Of a DNA stretch of 32,000 nt, positions 28,901-32,000 are shown piece after piece. The translations under genes were made by a program, and so were the position numbers. The notes beneath the pieces are model-generated. The model searched no databases and had not been told where the DNA came from. It saw only the letters and a program-made list of their open reading frames with translations. How positions within the stretch are numbered: the stretch's first letter is position 1; every line of letters starts with the position of its first letter. The stretch comes from Vibrio alginolyticus NBRC 15630 = ATCC 17749 (lineage in GTDB: Bacteria > Pseudomonadota > Gammaproteobacteria > Enterobacterales > Vibrionaceae): positions 1,890,001 through 1,922,000 of the forward strand of contig NC_022349.1 in the NCBI RefSeq assembly GCF_000354175.2, given 5' to 3'.

Positions 28901-30555
28901 GGCTCTGCACCACCCTGTCCATTATAATCACCGCTAAAGTAACCCATAGTTGCCCACTTTTGCTCAAGGTCAGATTCTTGAGCAAAGGCCTCAACATCAA
29001 TACATTTTTTTGGATCAGGTAAAGTTGGTTCAGGCTCTGGCGGCGTAATGCCACAGTAATCATAAAAATCTCTATATTCTGAACTACTCACTAAATCAAC
29101 AGGACATTTACCCTTCGATTGCTGTGCACTACATTTTGGATCGCTTAACCCACAATACGCAACGAGGTTCCCATCATAGGAATACGATGAATTCGCAGTA
29201 CCGCAAAGGGTAGTATTATTAGAGAACTCAATGTACCTATTGCTTGGAAACTCTAAAGCCTTACTGTCCGCTAGGATTTTTGCTGCAGACAAAGCCATTC
29301 CTGCATTAAGAACACCTGCCGTGCCAAACACTGTTGAGTTCGTCACGTTCAGGTACTTTTTAGTGTTTACATCATCACCGATATAGGCGTTACTGATATT
29401 TGCCCCATTATTTTCACTTGATGCTGTACCACACACATAAGAATTACTAACTACCTCTAGATACCCCTTAACCTCAACATCACTTTTCACTCTTGAGCTA
29501 TTGATCCGACCGCCATCGTTAGAACTGACGACTTCACCATCAACAAGGGAGTTTTGAACATCCACATAGCCTTTAGCTAAAACATCACCATCTATCTGAC
29601 TACTTTCAACTAAAATGCCCTGATTGCTGCCTTGAGTATTATCTACATTGCCGCTCACGGAAGAATGGCTTACTTTGATATACCCTTTGCTTATAATACT
29701 GCCTGAAACATCTGAACCTTGCTGGATGACTACAGCGGGACTGCTATTACTATTTGTACTTACATAGCTGGCAACTTTAGTGTTAGTCAGTTCAATATAA
29801 CCATCCGATGAGATTTGCTGGCTTACCTGATAATGATTAACCGTGACGGCCCCCTTAGCCGTAATATGACCACTCACAGACTTTGCGCTGGCACTGCCAG
29901 ACGCATCAATATCTACCCCACCATTAGAGCTTGTGATACTGCCGTTAACCGAGCTATTGAAAGCTTCAATTTCTTGCTTCGCGATGAGATATGAGCCAAC
30001 AAATGCATTATTAATACGAATACCACTATGACTGCTGTCAAGGTATCCATGGATAGCACCGTTTGAAACATCTACATAGTTTTTAGCGATAACATTTTGG
30101 CCGACATCGACATTGGTCAGCTTGACACCATCTTTGGTACTTCTTACCGTCCCTAGCACAGTCGAGTTAGATAGCTCTATATAGTTACCATTATCAATAT
30201 GGCCATTAAGAGTCAGGTTAGAGGCAGCAAATGAATTTCCGTTGAGATCCAACGATAAAGAGTTGCTCGGGCTACCGATGGTATTATAACCGCCAAAACT
30301 CACGTATTTTTTTATACGCAGCCAACTGGTTTGGTTATTGGTTAAGATTTTATCGCCGGGATCAAGCGATAATCCCTTTGAGCAAGTGTAAATGGTTAAA
30401 CTGTAGTTGTAACTGCCCTTCCCTGGACAAGGGCTATTTTTAGCATATATCTTTCCTTTCCAGCTATACCAAGGCGTGAGATCGAAAACAGTAGCAAAAG
30501 CATTTCCAGAAAAAAACAGCAATCCAGAAATTATAATTAGTATTCTTGTATTCAT
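25966..30555 (-). CDS. mshQ: MSHA pilus biogenesis protein MshQ (large secreted multidomain protein)
   Basis: Start set at ATG 30555 (AAGGAG SD 5 nt upstream, ATGA overlap with the mshP stop), giving 1529 aa with signal peptide MNTRILIIISGLLFFSGNAFA. It is the last gene of the mshD-O-P-Q order next to mreB, as in Vibrio cholerae. The C-terminus ends ...TFGIHRGNDRVIYRGE, typical of MshQ-family proteins. Confidence 0.85.
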   Translation of the reverse strand: MNTRILIIISGLLFFSGNAFATVFDLTPWYSWKGKIYAKNSPCPGKGSYNYSLTIYTCSKGLSLDPGDKILTNNQTSWLRIKKYVSFGGYNTIGSPSNSLSLDLNGNSFAASNLTLNGHIDNGNYIELSNSTVLGTVRSTKDGVKLTNVDVGQNVIAKNYVDVSNGAIHGYLDSSHSGIRINNAFVGSYLIAKQEIEAFNSSVNGSITSSNGGVDIDASGSASAKSVSGHITAKGAVTVNHYQVSQQISSDGYIELTNTKVASYVSTNSNSSPAVVIQQGSDVSGSIISKGYIKVSHSSVSGNVDNTQGSNQGILVESSQIDGDVLAKGYVDVQNSLVDGEVVSSNDGGRINSSRVKSDVEVKGYLEVVSNSYVCGTASSENNGANISNAYIGDDVNTKKYLNVTNSTVFGTAGVLNAGMALSAAKILADSKALEFPSNRYIEFSNNTTLCGTANSSYSYDGNLVAYCGLSDPKCSAQQSKGKCPVDLVSSSEYRDFYDYCGITPPEPEPTLPDPKKCIDVEAFAQESDLEQKWATMGYFSGDYNGQGGAEPKPFIHKNRLRITNNVQGQAAVGAYNYIFPSSNNIIEVEFDHFAYDGNRNNTGADGVAIVFSDASVPPSTGAFGGPLGYGVKPDGGGIEGFAGGWIAFGIDEYGNFSNEGSYYQDKNPLDSSPGQNDHSITIRGSGEKKGPGEYIDTNNHRIGTFPEGWFGGYRFIKKNSNVGKLDDESKDEIHRYRMTIDSRAIDGRDAGVYVSIKRASYQGNLKVDVDDRGKLKSYNLDWEDIIDSFNIMQGFAQSTAPSEFRVSVAGSTGLVKNVHEIDNFQICADEFQPLTEGIHHFEFDYSGSGSTCQPSDVTLRACMDKDCNTLYPGSITDAEDLHVTLSPSAGHHVANWEQSSPISFKGSTNLQIRGSRAGEVTMGIAHSSVPQFGFEDTRCRINGGELSAKYCKIKFRRNTLSIVAEDVIANKESSDSNFFEFCSSSSTTDTTRNINMSMKHTVAPIVQPDVTLNYMKREGDTAPVWSSDKTISEKGSTYLKDVYFNDNGQAKFKFTYPEVGQVSFIASVEGIQDSEGVGKFVSYPHRLQVTAGGRCSSINSGCDSRFVSAGEEFTMSITALQYSEDGKGHIPAKNYEEEQMVVSNEVVYPAISAGGKKAELLTDTYKHIASDDAKTLFPQTVSEVGAFEFSISAPKGDVENTSLYLGKSSFLIQPATITLGRFYPKFYTLCGQNWDYAGSQSFNYMNQNFDSMWYEVEVLTGGDVPKSVENYKYFNKEHVASFELSDSLNRFNAQGNLTPSWVDALGSIQRFTLTPPLSGECNSAEGLCWMKKTPAAGYEDGPFNLNGNTIKATDIKVGVATEPDPISVYGNPVLSIQPDIRFGRVGLDDVGGNQGATLHIPLRIEYWNGSRFIANPNDNQTDVKGVTAAERHIWPTGTDADPKAVTLGAGGEVSSGSSRSVTATQAEPYRQQTRVWLDLDDSKNGLPWLKYDWDNDGSEENPSSVVTFGIHRGNDRVIYRGEPGLTGQ
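29317..30210 (-). repeat. protein-level tandem array inside mshQ: about 17 degenerate units of 17-24 residues (beta-solenoid-like)
   Basis: Hand alignment of ORF residues about 136-433 gives units such as GQNVIAKNYVDVSNGAI, GSYLIAKQEIEAFNSSV, SGHITAKGAVTVNHYQV, SGSIISKGYIKVSHSSV, DGDVLAKGYVDVQNSLV and GDDVNTKKYLNVTNSTV. These alternate with G-x-[VI]-x-S-S-N-x-G-type units. The DNA-level repeats are degenerate. Confidence 0.7.
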
Positions 30556-30992
30556 TTGTACTCCTTTACCCAAACCTCTTGCTGACGCTGTACCTGTATA
30601 ACCCCAGAACCACACGTTGCCGTGGCCTGCACCTTAAAAAGATATTTAGCGTCAGGGGTACCCTCATTGAAAGTACCTATATTTGTACATGCCATCGCAT
30701 TAACCTTGCACCCACTTCCCACAGCTACCGGCGGAACGGCACCGCTAACCTCCCCACTGCATACGGTCTCGATATCTGTTGTACTTGTATCTAACGGATA
30801 CATCTTGGTCAGTGCCCATTCATTGGCGGACTGAGCAACAAACCAAGCTTTTGTTCCCAAAAACTCTCTTGTTAATCCGCTTTGATTCGACCATGTAACT
30901 TTCATTAAAGAGGAAGCCAAATATCCCATTACAATAATGACGAATAACACGATGATTAGTACATTTCCGCTGGAGTTTCTTTTACGGGACAT
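30552..30992 (-). CDS. mshP: MSHA biogenesis protein MshP (PilX-like minor pilus component)
   Basis: Start set at ATG 30992 (SD AGGTG 4 nt upstream), giving 146 aa: MSRKRNSSGNVLIIVLFVIIVMGYLASSL..., a basic N-terminus plus a single hydrophobic helix. It lies between mshO and mshQ. The ORF-track start at 31043 adds 17 residues overlapping mshO. Confidence 0.7.
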   Translation of the reverse strand: MSRKRNSSGNVLIIVLFVIIVMGYLASSLMKVTWSNQSGLTREFLGTKAWFVAQSANEWALTKMYPLDTSTTDIETVCSGEVSGAVPPVAVGSGCKVNAMACTNIGTFNEGTPDAKYLFKVQATATCGSGVIQVQRQQEVWVKEYK

Positions 30993-31695
30993 TGAGCACC
31001 TGCACATCTTGTTGATACACACTACGTTCACCATCCTGCTCAAACTCTAGATTAATATGAACTAAACCACCTCGTTGCAGAGTAGACTCTAGATAACGCA
31101 TACCACTTACGGACGTATCGACACTATCCGCAACTGTAATACCATTTCGCGTAACTCGCTTGGTATCAAAACAGTAGCGAACCTCCGACTTCTCTTGATA
31201 AATATAAAGACGGCTAGAAACAGAGGATCCCGTAATCGTACTTGCCCCCCCACTAACAACAAAAACCTTACCTGTTTTAGCTAAACCACCAATGGCTATA
31301 TTTCGCGAAGAAGTTGATTGTAAATCTTCATATCGGCTCGGATTTATCACCATCCTGCGATTCGCAGGAATAGGATTAAGCGTTGAGTCATTACCTAGCA
31401 AAAACTCTAAGTCATTATTCTTAAACGTGTAAAAACCAGAATATTCAATCGGCACAAACTCTAGACAATTAGTTGTTCCTTTTGGCACATGAAAACTATT
31501 AGGTACAGCATGGCGGATTTCACGCGTCATCTTTTCTAAAACAAACTGAGCTTGTGTTTGTATTCGTTGGCGGTCGATAGTATCAGCGTACCCTTTCATT
31601 CCTAACTGGACATACCCAGCTATACCCAACATGATGAAGCTGCCGATCACAATCGTAACTATCATTTCCATTAAGGTGAAACCACGAGCTTTCAT
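30982..31695 (-). CDS. mshO: MSHA minor pilin MshO (prepilin-type N-terminal cleavage/methylation domain protein, PilW-like)
   Basis: 237 aa. The N-terminus MKARGFTLMEMIVTIVIGSFIMLGIAG carries the G/FTLxE prepilin peptidase motif. The ATG overlaps the upstream gene's TGA (TGATG). Confidence 0.8.
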   Translation of the reverse strand: MKARGFTLMEMIVTIVIGSFIMLGIAGYVQLGMKGYADTIDRQRIQTQAQFVLEKMTREIRHAVPNSFHVPKGTTNCLEFVPIEYSGFYTFKNNDLEFLLGNDSTLNPIPANRRMVINPSRYEDLQSTSSRNIAIGGLAKTGKVFVVSGGASTITGSSVSSRLYIYQEKSEVRYCFDTKRVTRNGITVADSVDTSVSGMRYLESTLQRGGLVHINLEFEQDGERSVYQQDVQVLNVP

Positions 31696-32000
31696 CAGTA
31701 GTTCCCTTTAATAGCGGTTAAAGTAAGGGGCTGCGTGTTCCCCGCAAAAATCCGTAATGTTACTTTTTTGTATTCGGTTATTTCATCGGGAGCTTTATCC
31801 GTCAGATCATCATAGGCAACGCTAACTTCTAATCTAAAGTTTTTGTACTGCTCAGTACTGTCCGCACCAAGTACATCACTAATATTCCCTCTAGGGATAC
31901 CATCACACTGAGAAGCCGTTGTAGATGTGCTCCAACACCCGATATAGTCATCGACATCGTTGAAAGAACTCGGATTTGATGCATCCTCTCCGTAGTCAGT
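31695..32000 (-). CDS. mshD: MSHA pilin-like protein, C-terminal 101 codons (MshD-like; 5' end outside the window)
   Basis: Hand translation of the minus strand from 32000 is open for 101 codons (TDYGEDASNPSSFNDVDDYIGCW...TLTAIKGNY*) and ends at TGA 31697-31695, overlapping the mshO ATG. The assignment rests on the mshD-O-P-Q order only. Confidence 0.55.
   Translation of the reverse strand, partial: TDYGEDASNPSSFNDVDDYIGCWSTSTTASQCDGIPRGNISDVLGADSTEQYKNFRLEVSVAYDDLTDKAPDEITEYKKVTLRIFAGNTQPLTLTAIKGNY

Noticed and set aside
27074-30514. A7/T7 homopolymer tracts inside mshQ (about 27074-27080, 29005-29011, 30508-30514) as possible phase-variation sites.
   Set aside because: Tracts of 7 are common in AT-rich coding DNA and below the length usually associated with slipped-strand switching. 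The reading frame is intact.

Overview
The window looks like a Vibrionaceae (Vibrio-like) chromosomal segment. This call rests on near-collinear similarity of most proteins to well-known E. coli/Vibrio housekeeping proteins and on the Vibrio-specific mshD-mshO-mshP-mshQ / mreB junction. Most of it is conserved core genome. Left to right: the 3' end of rpoN followed by hpf-ptsN-rapZ-npr (+), then mgtE (+), pmbA (-), yjgA (+), a D-2-hydroxyacid dehydrogenase (-) and rluA (-). Next come an Nramp-family transporter (+), rapA (-) and a PIN-PhoH fusion ATPase (+). A 10.8-kb co-directional minus-strand string follows: mreB-mreC-mreD-maf-rng-yhdP-nit-tldD. The right-hand 6 kb is the distal end of the MSHA type IV pilus locus (mshD partial, mshO, mshP, mshQ; minus strand). 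I saw no rRNA, tRNA, CRISPR array, transposase/integrase or recognisable defence system. The most unusual content is the 1529-aa MshQ protein. It has a signal peptide, about 17 windings of a 17-18-residue beta-solenoid-like repeat, a Cys/Pro-rich linker, a module carrying legume-lectin-like sequence blocks, and a long C-terminal region. Three other regions deserve a second look. One is the 561-bp rapA/PIN-PhoH divergent intergenic region, with palindromes, hairpins and a 21-codon hydrophobic mini-ORF. Another is the Nramp gene, with a structured leader, that splits the rapA-rluA pair adjacent in E. coli. The third is a nitrilase-superfamily gene between yhdP and tldD. Several ORF-track starts are over-extended and were corrected from SD position and homolog N-termini (yjgA, rng, mshP, mshQ). 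No database search or folding computation was possible, so all family calls come from motif recognition and remembered homolog sequences.
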